Assembly (NCBI GenBank): GCA_038208115.1
Contig: JBBQZC010000005.1
Location: forward strand, 667 to 64,666
Direction of reading: 5' to 3'
Source: Candidatus Moraniibacteriota bacterium
Lineage (GTDB): Bacteria > Patescibacteriota > Minisyncoccia > Moranbacterales > GCA-2747515
DNA: 64,000 bases
Shown here: positions 47,391 to 58,089 of the stretch, in pieces
Numbering within the stretch: the first letter of the stretch is position 1
How the letters are laid out: each line of letters starts with the position of its first letter
Notes under the pieces: model-generated
Seen by the model: the letters and a program-made list of their open reading frames with translations, nothing else
What the model was told of the DNA's origin: nothing
The model's database searches: none
Translations under genes and position numbers: made by a program

Positions 47391-50300
47391 TTAGTCCTTT
47401 ATCACAGCGTTCCAATCGTTACTGCCAGTACATACATATAAATATGCCTTTGTACTATTGCCCCCGACTGTTTCTGTGCCGCCATTTGTTTTGATAAATA
47501 ATTCACCTGTAGAACATCCTCCAGGGAGTGACGAACCGCTTGCGATACGTAATTTACCCGACGTAGTATCTACCGTGCCGTCTACATCAACATCCTCTAC
47601 ATTTTCGATATTCTTACCATTCATATCGATACCACCATCTGCCGTCAGTTTACCTTCGAGATTTAAACCACCCGATGCTGTAAAACCTGTGCCTGTATTA
47701 CCAATGTTTGTGATCAGATTATTATGCATGTTAATTGCGCTACGAAAATCTGAGTTACCAGTAATATCCACGCCACCAGCGATAACAGTGAGTTTATCGC
47801 CTATCGTTACCGTTCCGCCAAACGCACCGTTGCGATCAACATCCAAATCGGCATGTCCGCCACCTGAGTTTGTTACAGTTAATATCGTATGTGATCCATC
47901 ACTTAAATCTATTGAACGTGAATTATCAAAAGTAATATTTCCGTTCATTTCGATTGCAGTGAAGTCTGCATTACCATTTGCCTTTATGCCCCAATTTCCA
48001 CTATCAATTCCTACAGATGCTGAAGGATTACCGATCACAATCTTAGCAGCATCTGCTCCTGCAGTGCCGAGATTGATTATCGAAGGTGTGCCACTTGTAT
48101 TATCAGAATTCGTAAGTCCAGACAAAAAGTTGATTGCATCTGCATAAATCGTTGACCAACGACTCCCTGCCGTGCCAAGTGAACCACCAGTTATACTGCC
48201 TTCTACATGGAGATTTGCTTTGCCACCTCCTGTATTTTGGATGAATACATCAGAATCCGAACCATTATTACCAACTGAGAGCGCCATCGAATCATCTGAT
48301 GAAATAATGTCACCATTTTCTACTGTCGTGACACCATCAGTCAAAGAATTTGCACTCACATCACCAGTTGTCACAATGTCAGTTGAGCCATTGAGATCCT
48401 GTCCGATAATAGTTCCGTCTTGGATTTCATCAGTTGTTACTGCATCACTTGCAATTTTTTCATTTGTAACGCTTCCATCAGCCAATTTTACAGTTGTTAC
48501 AGCATTATCAGCGATTTTTGCAGTTGTTACTGCACCATCTGCGAGATGCGCAGGAGTGATTGCACTATCAGCAATCTTACCGCCTGTAATTGTTGCATCG
48601 GCGATTTTTGCAGTAATCACACTACCATCGGCAAGTTTTGCAGAAGTCACTACACTATCCACGATTTTAGCGGTTGTTACACTGTCGTCAGCGAGTTTAA
48701 TATCTGTAACTGCGCCATCGGCGATCTTTGCTGTTGTAATACTACCATCTACAAGATTAACTGTGACTACGGCACCATCGGCAATCTTGCCATTGACGAT
48801 TGCACCATCAATGAGCTTTATTGATGTGACGCTATTATCTGCAAGTTTTGCTGTTGTAATAATACCATCTGCAAGATCTGCAGCTTGCACTGTTCCATCA
48901 ATGATCTTTGCAGTTGTAACACTATCATCAGCCAATTTCAATGTTGTGATAGAGCCATCAGCAATTTTTGAACCAACAATTGCTGCATCCAAAATTTTAC
49001 CTGTTGTCACACTATCATCAGCAAGATGTGCTGTCGTCACTGCGAGAAATTCGATCTTTGAACTTGAAACGCTCCCATCAGCAAGTTTAATATTTGTCAC
49101 TGCATTATCTGCAATTTTTGTTGTTATGACACTCCCATCAGCAAGTTGAGTCATTGCAATCGCACCATCAGCGATTTTGCCTCCAGTGATTGTACCATCT
49201 TGGATCTTTGATGTGATGATACTGCCATCAGCAAGTTTCGTGGAAATAATTGCACCATCTGCAATTTGCAATGAACCCACACCGCTATCAGCAATACCAA
49301 TTGTATCAACTCCCACTTCGATACCTGTACCTGCGCCGACATTTAATGTCACTGTGCCAATATTACCTCCCCCAGTCATACCGTCTCCAGCAACAACATC
49401 AGTAATAGACGTAATGAGCGAAGAAATCGTCCATGTACCATCCATATTATTTGTAACAGAAGTATTTGGTCCTGCCACTATCGATTTAACCATACTTCCA
49501 TCAGAAGCAAGTTTATCACCAGTCAATGTACCGTCTGCAACTTGTGCGCCAGTGATCGTTCCTATGACCTTAGACGCACCAATACCAGTAATCCACGTCG
49601 GATCACTATATGTGCCTGTTGTGTACACACCATTTGTAACAGTATCTGCATTTCCAAAAAGATTTCCTGTCACATCACCAATAACATTACCCATAAGATC
49701 ACCGACAAAAGCTAACGCTGTGATACTTCCTGTAGTCGTCGCGTTGCCGCCGGCGATTGTCATTGTTCCATCAGTAAAAGACAACGCATTGATTGCGCCT
49801 GTTGTATTGATTGTGATATCTGCTGCAATCTTATTACCCGTAATTTCTTGATCACCAATCTTTGCATTTGTGATTGCACCATCAGCAATTTTTGCCGTAA
49901 CTACACTACCATCTGCCAGAGAAATTGTTGTAACCGCACCGTTTGCAAGCTTACCACTTGTAACTGCACCATCTTCGATCTTTGCAGTAGCAACGGCACC
50001 ATCAGATATCTTAATACCAGTTACTGCATTATCAGCGATCTTTGCTGTTGTAATTGCATCATTTTCGATTTTACTTGTTGCTACACTACCATCAGCTAGT
50101 TTTGTGCCAACGACAGCGCCATTTTCGATCTTTGCAGTTGTAACGCTTCCATTTGCCAATGTGACAGACAATATTGCACCATCAGCAATTTTACCTGATG
50201 TGATCGTACCATCCACTAATTTTGCACCAACAACCGTTCCATCCGCCAATTTCATTCCAACAATTGCACCATCACGCAAATCAGATGATTTGATTTTACC

Positions 50301-50567
50301 TTTCAAGTTCAGTTTTTTATATGCGATATTTGCGTTATTTGACACATCCTTATTCGTGATGCGTCGTGATATCACTTCGATATAATTTGCACCTTGTTGA
50401 AAATATCCTATAACCTTTTCTTGACGTGTTTTAGCCTCTACTGAAGCAAAAACTGACCCAAAAACAACCAAGGCACAAAAAAAAGCTCCTGTGACTCTGG
50501 TCATTTTGGAGTAACCCCGTTTTTGAGAAATTGAAGATTTATTACTTCTTTTTTCCGTAACGCTCAT
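47391..50567 (-). CDS. Giant secreted repeat protein: signal peptide, ~60 tandem degenerate 10-aa repeats (consensus K-I/L-A-D-G-A/S-V-T-T/S-A), and a distinct C-terminal ~150-aa domain
   Basis: 1058 aa. MTRVTGAFFCALVVFGSVFASVEA signal peptide (probable true start at MTRV, around nt 50504). Long runs of KLADGSVTTAKIADGAVT... . Antisense frames are also open, as expected for a repeat gene. Confidence 0.75.
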   Translation of the reverse strand: MSVTEKRSNKSSISQKRGYSKMTRVTGAFFCALVVFGSVFASVEAKTRQEKVIGYFQQGANYIEVISRRITNKDVSNNANIAYKKLNLKGKIKSSDLRDGAIVGMKLADGTVVGAKLVDGTITSGKIADGAILSVTLANGSVTTAKIENGAVVGTKLADGSVATSKIENDAITTAKIADNAVTGIKISDGAVATAKIEDGAVTSGKLANGAVTTISLADGSVVTAKIADGAITNAKIGDQEITGNKIAADITINTTGAINALSFTDGTMTIAGGNATTTGSITALAFVGDLMGNVIGDVTGNLFGNADTVTNGVYTTGTYSDPTWITGIGASKVIGTITGAQVADGTLTGDKLASDGSMVKSIVAGPNTSVTNNMDGTWTISSLITSITDVVAGDGMTGGGNIGTVTLNVGAGTGIEVGVDTIGIADSGVGSLQIADGAIISTKLADGSIITSKIQDGTITGGKIADGAIAMTQLADGSVITTKIADNAVTNIKLADGSVSSSKIEFLAVTTAHLADDSVTTGKILDAAIVGSKIADGSITTLKLADDSVTTAKIIDGTVQAADLADGIITTAKLADNSVTSIKLIDGAIVNGKIADGAVVTVNLVDGSITTAKIADGAVTDIKLADDSVTTAKIVDSVVTSAKLADGSVITAKIADATITGGKIADSAITPAHLADGAVTTAKIADNAVTTVKLADGSVTNEKIASDAVTTDEIQDGTIIGQDLNGSTDIVTTGDVSANSLTDGVTTVENGDIISSDDSMALSVGNNGSDSDVFIQNTGGGKANLHVEGSITGGSLGTAGSRWSTIYADAINFLSGLTNSDNTSGTPSIINLGTAGADAAKIVIGNPSASVGIDSGNWGIKANGNADFTAIEMNGNITFDNSRSIDLSDGSHTILTVTNSGGGHADLDVDRNGAFGGTVTIGDKLTVIAGGVDITGNSDFRSAINMHNNLITNIGNTGTGFTASGGLNLEGKLTADGGIDMNGKNIENVEDVDVDGTVDTTSGKLRIASGSSLPGGCSTGELFIKTNGGTETVGGNSTKAYLYVCTGSNDWNAVIKD

Positions 50568-50743
50568 ATATGATATATGATTAATAATAACGCAGTCAAT
50601 GAAATGAAAACTTCATTGAAAACCATTCATTATACACCATAAGTTACATTATGTCAAGTATATGTCTTAATGTAAATTCAATAATCTTCTCAAAAAAACA
50701 GACTCTATGAAGAATTATTCTTCATAGAGTCTCTTACCCAGAA

Positions 50744-51187
50744 TTAGAGACGCTCCATAACCTCGATGATTACTGGCTTATCCCTATAATACGCTTTGAT
50801 CTCTTTGATTGCTTTCTCAACTCGTCTTCTACCAAATGGGTCAAAAAACATTCGCGCAAGCATGCCTTGTGCTGATACTCGTCGTCTTGCATAATGCCAC
50901 CCGTTTTTGTCATATGCCACATACGTGATGCCATTTTCTCGATGCTCTACGCAAGCATCATCTTGCACAATGCACGAAGGCTGAAGTGATATCCGACTGA
51001 TATCCAGCCTGCAAACATCAGATAGGATTTTTGCCGCTAGATCGGGACTTTCAAAAAAATACCCGGACGACGTTGTAAATGATTTTTTTTTACTCATTCT
51101 TTGAAACTCCCTTTGTAGAAATGACTCTAAAAAAATAATACACAAGTTATAATTATATTTTATATTTTTTATATTGTCAATATTCAA
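50744..51187 (-). CDS. Hypothetical protein (probable start at the internal MSKKK Met, around nt 51097)
   Basis: ORF only; no family recognised. Confidence 0.4.
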   Translation of the reverse strand: MNIDNIKNIKYNYNLCIIFLESFLQREFQRMSKKKSFTTSSGYFFESPDLAAKILSDVCRLDISRISLQPSCIVQDDACVEHRENGITYVAYDKNGWHYARRRVSAQGMLARMFFDPFGRRRVEKAIKEIKAYYRDKPVIIEVMERL

Positions 51188-51192
51188 TCGAA

Positions 51193-53454
51193 TTATTTCC
51201 GATATATTCGCAGACTATTTGCCACAACAGAAACTGAGCTAAAAGCCATCGCAAAAGCTGCTATAACCGGACTAAGCACACCGCCTATCGCCAAGGGTAT
51301 GGCAATTACATTATAGAAGAATGCCCAAAAAAGATTCTGCCTGATTGTCTTGAAAGTTAATTTCGATATATAGATTGCTTCAACAACTTTTTCTAAATTA
51401 TTGTGTAACAAAATAATCTGTCCAGCTTCCTTAGCAATATCGGTTGCGCTACCCATAGCAATTCCGAGATCTGCTTGGACAAGGCTCGGCGCATCATTAA
51501 TACCATCACCCACAAATATTATTCTTTCCCCAGCATCTTGCAATTTTTTGATTTTTGATGCTTTTTCTGCTGGCATCACATCTGCAAAAACTTTTTGAAT
51601 ACCCAATTCTTGGGATATTGCATCCGCTGTTTTTTGGTTATCTCCGCTAATCATCGCAACTTGCAAATTCATTTTCTTCAACTCCATGATAACATTTTTT
51701 GATTCATCACGAACCTCATCTGCAAGAATGATTACGCCAATGACACCCTGTCCATGATGTACTACAAATAATCTTGTTCCTATTGAGAGATCATCTCTCT
51801 CTAATATTTCATTGGCCCACGCAACATCTATATTATTATTTTTTAGCAGCTTGATATTGCCTACCATAACATCACCTTGATGTTCTTCGCACAAAGCTTT
51901 CATGCCCATGCCCATAATTTCTTTGAAATTTTCAAAAGGAATAATTTCTATTTTTTGTTCTCCTGCATACCTTACAATCGATTTGGACAATGGATGCTCA
52001 GAATTCACTGCAACTCTCGCTGCTAGCTTGAGAATTTTTTCTTCTGAAAAAGTGTATGCGGGATTAGGAATTATTTTTTTCACTTCAGGCAATCCTTTAG
52101 TAAGAGTGCCCGTCTTATCAAAGATCACCATAGATATATTCTTGATCTTTTCAAAACCTTCCCCGCTCTTAAATAAAATACCATTTTTTGCTCCCTTGCC
52201 AGTACCTACCATAATCGCAGTCGGTGTCGCAAGTCCTAATGCACATGGACATGCAATAACTAATACTGTTACTGCATTAACAATTGCCAAAGAAACACTT
52301 CCCGTCACCACGTACCACCCCACAAATGTTACTGCTGCGATACCTAAAATGATTGGTACAAAGATACCGGAAATTTGATCTGCTAATTTTTGTATTGGCG
52401 CCTTTGATCCTTGTGCCTCCTCTACCGTTTTAATGATTTGTGCCAAAACTGTACCCTCTCCGATTTGTGTTACTCTTATTTTCAGAACGCCATCCATATT
52501 AATTGTCGCACCAAATACTTTTTTACCAATTACTTTTTCAACTGGCATTGATTCACCGGTCAACATTGATTCATCTGTAAGCGATTGGCCACCGACGACA
52601 ATACCATCCAAGGGGATTTTTTCACTTGGTCGCACTATGATGATATCATCTATATGGATTTCTGAAATATTCACCTCTCGCTCCTCCCCATCAATGATCA
52701 GACGTGCCTTCTTCGCACCCAGCTCCATCAATTTACGCATTGCTTCTCCAGCTTGTCCAATACTCTTACTTTCAAAATACTTACCCAATAATATCAGCGT
52801 AATAATAACCGCTGCAGGCTCAAAATATCCATCTTGAATCGGCATATTAAATATGATCGATTGCATCGCAAGATATAGACTGTAAAAATATGCTACAAGA
52901 GTTCCTATAGATACAAGAGTGTCCATATTTGCGTGAAGTTTTTTAGCTTGTCTCCATGCCATTTTATGAAAACGCCATCCAAAATAGAACACTACGATTG
53001 TAGCCAAAGAAACGTGCACCCACATAATCGCATCCACATGGGAGATCATAATGCCTGTACGAATTTTATAAAACATTTCTATCACCAATGGGACACTCAA
53101 AATCAATGAACCTAAAAAATATTTCCAGCTCCCTTGTACATCATCAATCATGTGGTGATGACTTTCTTTTTCTTCTTCTATGCTATTTTTTTGATTTTTA
53201 GCTACAGCATCATCAATATCATAACCGTTTTCTCGAATAATATCGTGAATTTTTTTCTCGTTCAAAATCGCATCATCATATACAATGATTGCTTTCTGAG
53301 TTGCAAAATTCACTGATGCACTTTCCACTCCATCAGTTTTTAACAATGCTTTTTCATTACTTAAAGCACAACTTGCACAGGTCATACCTGATACACGAAA
53401 TAATATTTTTTTATGATTCATATTTTTTGATTTAATGATATGATTTTTTCTCAC
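51193..53454 (-). CDS. copA: Copper-translocating P1B-type ATPase
   Basis: N-terminal [11 protein letters not shown]; CPC motif [11 protein letters not shown]; DKTGTLT; GDGINDAP. Confidence 0.93.
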   Translation of the reverse strand: MRKNHIIKSKNMNHKKILFRVSGMTCASCALSNEKALLKTDGVESASVNFATQKAIIVYDDAILNEKKIHDIIRENGYDIDDAVAKNQKNSIEEEKESHHHMIDDVQGSWKYFLGSLILSVPLVIEMFYKIRTGIMISHVDAIMWVHVSLATIVVFYFGWRFHKMAWRQAKKLHANMDTLVSIGTLVAYFYSLYLAMQSIIFNMPIQDGYFEPAAVIITLILLGKYFESKSIGQAGEAMRKLMELGAKKARLIIDGEEREVNISEIHIDDIIIVRPSEKIPLDGIVVGGQSLTDESMLTGESMPVEKVIGKKVFGATINMDGVLKIRVTQIGEGTVLAQIIKTVEEAQGSKAPIQKLADQISGIFVPIILGIAAVTFVGWYVVTGSVSLAIVNAVTVLVIACPCALGLATPTAIMVGTGKGAKNGILFKSGEGFEKIKNISMVIFDKTGTLTKGLPEVKKIIPNPAYTFSEEKILKLAARVAVNSEHPLSKSIVRYAGEQKIEIIPFENFKEIMGMGMKALCEEHQGDVMVGNIKLLKNNNIDVAWANEILERDDLSIGTRLFVVHHGQGVIGVIILADEVRDESKNVIMELKKMNLQVAMISGDNQKTADAISQELGIQKVFADVMPAEKASKIKKLQDAGERIIFVGDGINDAPSLVQADLGIAMGSATDIAKEAGQIILLHNNLEKVVEAIYISKLTFKTIRQNLFWAFFYNVIAIPLAIGGVLSPVIAAFAMAFSSVSVVANSLRIYRK

Positions 53455-53463
53455 TTTTTTTGA

Positions 53464-54834
53464 TTATTCCACCACAAATTTTCCTTTAACCATACCCATC
53501 CAACAACTAAACGGTATCGTGCCAGTCTTCGTTGGTGTAAATGTGACAACATTTTTTCCAGAAATTAATCCTTGAGAGATATTTAAGCTCGGCACAATAA
53601 TCTTATTAGTACACCCCGTAATACTATCCCCATATATTACCCATTCCACGGGTACATCTTTCCTAATTACAATAGTCGCAGGAGAAAAACCAGAATTTGT
53701 CACTCTCATCTCTACAATTTGTTTTTTTGTACTTTCATCAGTTACATTTACCTCACTATTTTTATCTGTTTTTCCAGTCGTTTTCATATTTGTGAAACTT
53801 GCATCAATTCCGTTCAGTGCCAGACCAGATTGCAAAGTCAGAAGAGCAAATAGCACGATTAATATGCCTGCTGCTTTTTGAAAAACGACAACTTTTTTTG
53901 ATTTCATCCACGATGTTGCCACGCCAGCAGCCATAAGAACTGGCAATGTGCCCAATGAAAAAGCCAACATAGTCAGACCCCCCGTCCAAAAGCTGCCAGA
54001 TGTAAGAGCAATAATTTGCATACTTTGTGTGAATCCACACGGTAAGAAAAAACTTAATCCGCCAACTAAAAACGGTGCGGATTTATGATCTGATTTTTTC
54101 AATACATCCCATTTTTTTGTTAAAAATTTTGGCATAACAACACCTACCTGTGATAACGATGGTATTTTTATGAGTAAACTAAGTCCAAGCCATCCCATCA
54201 CGATAGCAATAATGACCATAAAAATAGAAATAAACTGTCCTCCAACATTAATTTGTCCTCCGATCAGCCCCAATAATCCACCCAAGATGAAAAATGTTGA
54301 GACTCGTCCAATATGAAAAAATAAATTTGGCTTTACTGCTTTCTGATAAAAACCATCTCCACTGCTTTTATATTTTTCTGCAAAAGCAATAACCACTGAG
54401 CCAACAATCACAAGGCAGGAAGAGAGAGATGCTACAACTCCTACTAATAAAGCAACTCCTAATCCAACACTTTTGTCTTGAAAGTTAATTCCTTCGATAA
54501 TACCAGTATTTTGAAAGACCTTAAATAGCATCAAAAGTATGCCAACAATGAGAATTGCTTTCAACCAATCTCCTAAAGATGTTGTAAAATTTCTTTTCGC
54601 TACATCATCACTTTTGCTATGCACTTCATTTTCATATATTTTATATCCCAACTTTTCTGCTATCCCTACCAATTGTGAAAAATTTACTTCTTTTTCAAAT
54701 TCTATTTCTCCACTTTTTTTCTTATAGTTGACTCTCACTTTTTTTACTCCAGCAACACTTCCAAACTCATCCTCCAATAACTTTTCGCAACTTGTGCAAT
54801 GCATACCTTTTATGTATATTTTTTTTGTACTCAT
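53464..54834 (-). CDS. Tri-domain metal-handling membrane protein: N-terminal HMA domain, DsbD_2/CcdA-like multi-pass TM core, and a C-terminal cupredoxin-like domain
   Basis: GMHCTSCEKL (HMA); TM region with conserved Cys (SLSSCLVIVG, FFLPCGFTQSM); C-terminal ...TGTIPFSCWMGMVKGKFVV. Confidence 0.55.
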   Translation of the reverse strand: MSTKKIYIKGMHCTSCEKLLEDEFGSVAGVKKVRVNYKKKSGEIEFEKEVNFSQLVGIAEKLGYKIYENEVHSKSDDVAKRNFTTSLGDWLKAILIVGILLMLFKVFQNTGIIEGINFQDKSVGLGVALLVGVVASLSSCLVIVGSVVIAFAEKYKSSGDGFYQKAVKPNLFFHIGRVSTFFILGGLLGLIGGQINVGGQFISIFMVIIAIVMGWLGLSLLIKIPSLSQVGVVMPKFLTKKWDVLKKSDHKSAPFLVGGLSFFLPCGFTQSMQIIALTSGSFWTGGLTMLAFSLGTLPVLMAAGVATSWMKSKKVVVFQKAAGILIVLFALLTLQSGLALNGIDASFTNMKTTGKTDKNSEVNVTDESTKKQIVEMRVTNSGFSPATIVIRKDVPVEWVIYGDSITGCTNKIIVPSLNISQGLISGKNVVTFTPTKTGTIPFSCWMGMVKGKFVVE

Positions 54835-54854
54835 AATTATTAAATATTTATTTA

Positions 54855-55118
54855 CTATTTACTCAGCTTATTAATTGTAAGAATCTCGTCGATCATCTCC
54901 TGTTTTTTTACCTCATTTGTTCCTTGCATAGCTTTTGCGAAACAACTATTTAAATGTCTTTCCATAAGTTTACTATTCGCTGATCGAAGTAGTCCCACAA
55001 CAGCCAAATTTTGCTGTAAAATATCAATACAATACTTATTATCTTCTACCATCTGGATTACGTTATTTAAGTGTGTATTTGCCTTTTTCAAGGCTGTGAT
55101 AATTTCTTTATTGTGCAT
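54855..55118 (-). CDS. csoR: CsoR/RcnR-family metal-sensing transcriptional repressor
   Basis: 87 aa; YCIDILQQ...H...C pattern typical of CsoR. Confidence 0.75.
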   Translation of the reverse strand: MHNKEIITALKKANTHLNNVIQMVEDNKYCIDILQQNLAVVGLLRSANSKLMERHLNSCFAKAMQGTNEVKKQEMIDEILTINKLSK

Positions 55119-55273
55119 ATCATTTTATTAGTGATGCTAAAAAATCGTTTATTTTTCACGAATATATTACCCTCCCCCCAGGTTCATCATATACTACGCA
55201 ACTATACTGATAAATATTTCAATTATGTGACACGCATGAAGAAATGTGCCAAAATACGCTGTTCTTTAAATTT

Positions 55274-55306
55274 AAAACCCCATACATACGATGTATAGGG
55301 TTTTTC
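55274..55306. terminator. Hairpin with flanking A and T runs (terminator-like) between the candidate small ORF and csoR
   Basis: aaaaccccatacatacgatgtatagggttttt. Confidence 0.45.
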
Positions 55307-55314
55307 TTCGAACT

Positions 55315-55494
55315 CAATACGGCAATCCTTCATCTATCAGACTTGTCGACTGTGGCAATTCGTGCAAATTTTGTGCATTTTCCTCTTTCCACTCTGCGTA
55401 ACGTGTTGAATGATCCCTAACCTCAAATGAGTCACATTGGACTACACCTGCATCGGGTTTTTTATCCGAATCCTTTCTACACACATTAGTCATA
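55315..55494 (-). CDS. Candidate unannotated small protein (59 aa), below the ORF-track cutoff
   Basis: ATG preceded by GGAG at 5-nt spacing (ggagattttATG on the minus strand). MTNVCRKDSDKKPDAGVVQCDSFEVRDHSTRYAEWKEENAQNLHELPQSTSLIDEGLPY. Bracketed by terminator-like hairpins inside a 585-nt intergenic region. Confidence 0.3.
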
Positions 55495-55529
55495 AAATCT
55501 CCTATTGGTTTTTGAAATATTTATTGTAA

Positions 55530-55562
55530 AAAAAACAAAAAATCGTCTTTTTAGACGACCAT
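55530..55562 (-). terminator. Rho-independent terminator downstream of mnmA
   Basis: A-run then tcgtct-tttta-gacga on the plus strand (U-tract on the minus-strand transcript). Confidence 0.6.
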
Positions 55563-55703
55563 TTTCCTTTCTCAAAAAATTTAATAAAGTAAAAATGCGT
55601 CGTCACAGACGATTATTTTGCAAATTATTATTATAATTTAATTGAGCATACTTCATAGTTTTAATATACTGGATTTGATATACTTTTGTCAAATATCACT
55701 TTT

Positions 55704-56756
55704 TTATACAATAACACCACCACCAAGACAAACGACATCATCATAAAAGACTGCGTATTGTCCCGGAGTAATACCTTGATCTTTCTGAGATAATTGTAGA
55801 TGCGCCCCCAACTCTTCTTTTAATGTAATTTCACAATCGTGAAAAAACTCACTATGACGCAATTTGACACGTAAATTATTTTTTTTCGGAGCACCATTGA
55901 TCCAATTTATTTCTTGCACGTCACATTGATCTCTCCGTTGATCATCGCCCATAAATCCATGCGTGAGATATACAATATTATGAGCAACATCTTTATCACA
56001 CACATACCACGGACCACCACTGAGGTCTACACCCTTTCGTTGTCCGATTGTATAAAAATAAAATCCTTCATGTTTTCCTAGCTCTTTTCCTGTTTCTTTT
56101 TCGATGAATATACCCTCCCGTGTACCAAGATGCTCTTTGACAAAATCACGAAATGAAATTTTGCCTAAAAAACAAATTCCCTGAGAATCCTTTCTGTATG
56201 CTGTTGCCAACTGCTGTTCTTTTGCATATGCTCGCACTACACTTTTTTGCATGTGTCCGATCGGAAAGATAGCACGTTGTAGTTGCTCTTGATGCATCAT
56301 CGCCAGAAAATACGTCTGATCTTTCACGGGATCTGGAGCTCGCACAAGCGATACAGTATGATCAGAATTTTCTCGCAATTGTGCATAATGTCCCGTAGCG
56401 ATTCTATCGAAATCTTTACCATATTTTTCATAAAATGCACCAAATTTCACCTCACGATTACACAGCATATCCGGATTCGGTGTGAGTCCCTTAGCCACAG
56501 CATCAATCGTATAACGCACGACATGCTCATGATATTCTTTTTGGAGGGGCACTACACGGAGCGGAACATCACACTGAATACATACTTTTTCCACATATGA
56601 CAAATCATCCTCCCATGGGCAGGAACCGAGAAAAGACATCTCATCCTCTAGCCAGATTTTGAGATAAAATGCTGTAAGATCATGTCCTTGTTGCTTCAAC
56701 AAATGTAAGGCAACAGAGCTATCCACCCCACCACTTACTAATACTGCAATTTTCAT
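55704..56756 (-). CDS. mnmA: tRNA-specific 2-thiouridylase MnmA
   Basis: MKIAVLVSGGVDSSVALHLL (PP-loop), 350 aa. Confidence 0.9.
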   Translation of the reverse strand: MKIAVLVSGGVDSSVALHLLKQQGHDLTAFYLKIWLEDEMSFLGSCPWEDDLSYVEKVCIQCDVPLRVVPLQKEYHEHVVRYTIDAVAKGLTPNPDMLCNREVKFGAFYEKYGKDFDRIATGHYAQLRENSDHTVSLVRAPDPVKDQTYFLAMMHQEQLQRAIFPIGHMQKSVVRAYAKEQQLATAYRKDSQGICFLGKISFRDFVKEHLGTREGIFIEKETGKELGKHEGFYFYTIGQRKGVDLSGGPWYVCDKDVAHNIVYLTHGFMGDDQRRDQCDVQEINWINGAPKKNNLRVKLRHSEFFHDCEITLKEELGAHLQLSQKDQGITPGQYAVFYDDVVCLGGGVIV

Positions 56757-56952
56757 ATTTTTTCCTGTAAAACCTTACTAAGTTTCTTTATGACCAAAAT
56801 CCAAACTGCAAGGATTGATTGTAAAAGTAATTTACGATTTCGTCAATGCACTGAGTAATGATTCATCTAAAAGAAATTGCCACATGACTGCTAGCACGAT
56901 TATAAAAATAATGAAATAGATCGAGGCTTTGATGAGATATTTTATCATATTT

Positions 56953-57924
56953 TTATATGTTATGATTATGGTCAATAAATTTTTGTGTAATATTTTCTAC
57001 TTCAGTTGCATTATGTGCCTCCATTAACTCCGCACGCAAATCACTCGCATGTGGGAATCCATTTACATACGCTTTGTAATGCTTCTTCATTATTGCAAAA
57101 TTATTGATTCCTGTAAAAAGTTCTTCAAATAATTTTGTATGTTCGATCATCACACGCAATTTTTCGGCGACGGTGTTCAGTGGTTCTGGATCTGTAAAAA
57201 ACCATGGATTCCCGAAAACACCGCGTCCTATCATGACTCCGTCACACCCTGATTTCTGCACGAGTTCTTTTCCCATCCGCACACTTTTTACATCACCGTT
57301 TCCCACAATCAATGTATCTGGTTGCAAAGCATTTTTCATCGCAACGATCCGTGGCATCAGATCCCAATGCGCTAGACATTCGCTCATCTCTTTACGTGTT
57401 CGCAAATGCACTGTCAATGTCGCGATATTTGCGTGTAATAAACATGGCAACCATGTATCAATTTCCTCTTTATTAAAACCGATACGCGTCTTCACACTCA
57501 CAGGCATCTGTCCCGCCCCACTAATCGCTGCTGCGACAATATCCTTCGCTCTCTCTGGCTCACAGATAAGTCCTGCGCCTGCACCTTGTTTAACCACATT
57601 TTTTTCTGGACATCCCATGTTAATATCGATTCCATCAAATCCCAATTCTCGACAAAGCACTGCTATATGTTCAAAATTTTTTGGATTTGCACCAAACACT
57701 TGTGCGACGATCGGTCGCTCACTCTCATCAAACCACAAATGATGCATAAGTTTTTCTCGTCCTTCTGGATGTAAGATTCCATCCACGCTGACAAATTCCG
57801 TATAGATGACATCCGGTCGACTGTATCGTGCGATCATCCGACGAAAAGCCACATCTGTCACATCATACATCGGTGCCAAAACAAAAAATGGTTTATGCAA
57901 TTCTCCCCAAAAACCCGCGATCAT
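56953..57924 (-). CDS. tRNA-dihydrouridine synthase
   Basis: VLAPMYDVTDVAFRRM, VDINMGCP, KTRIGF. Confidence 0.85.
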   Translation of the reverse strand: MIAGFWGELHKPFFVLAPMYDVTDVAFRRMIARYSRPDVIYTEFVSVDGILHPEGREKLMHHLWFDESERPIVAQVFGANPKNFEHIAVLCRELGFDGIDINMGCPEKNVVKQGAGAGLICEPERAKDIVAAAISGAGQMPVSVKTRIGFNKEEIDTWLPCLLHANIATLTVHLRTRKEMSECLAHWDLMPRIVAMKNALQPDTLIVGNGDVKSVRMGKELVQKSGCDGVMIGRGVFGNPWFFTDPEPLNTVAEKLRVMIEHTKLFEELFTGINNFAIMKKHYKAYVNGFPHASDLRAELMEAHNATEVENITQKFIDHNHNI

Positions 57925-58089
57925 ATACTATTTAAAAAATTTATATATTTATCATATCACATGAAAGACCAGTATACTAAAATTTCTCAAAATGTCCATG
58001 AACATTGACAAAAATTAAAAAAAGTGCTATCATTCTTCCGTAGTTTCACGTTTTTTTACAAAAACCCGAAGAGACTTAGGAGGTTTCAC

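Noticed and set aside
47458-50385. Plus-strand ORFs (229, 325, 224, 171 aa and others) inside the giant repeat gene
   Set aside because: They are antisense frames of a highly repetitive coding region and stay open because of its biased codon composition. Their translations are low-complexity (S/P/A/V/I-rich).
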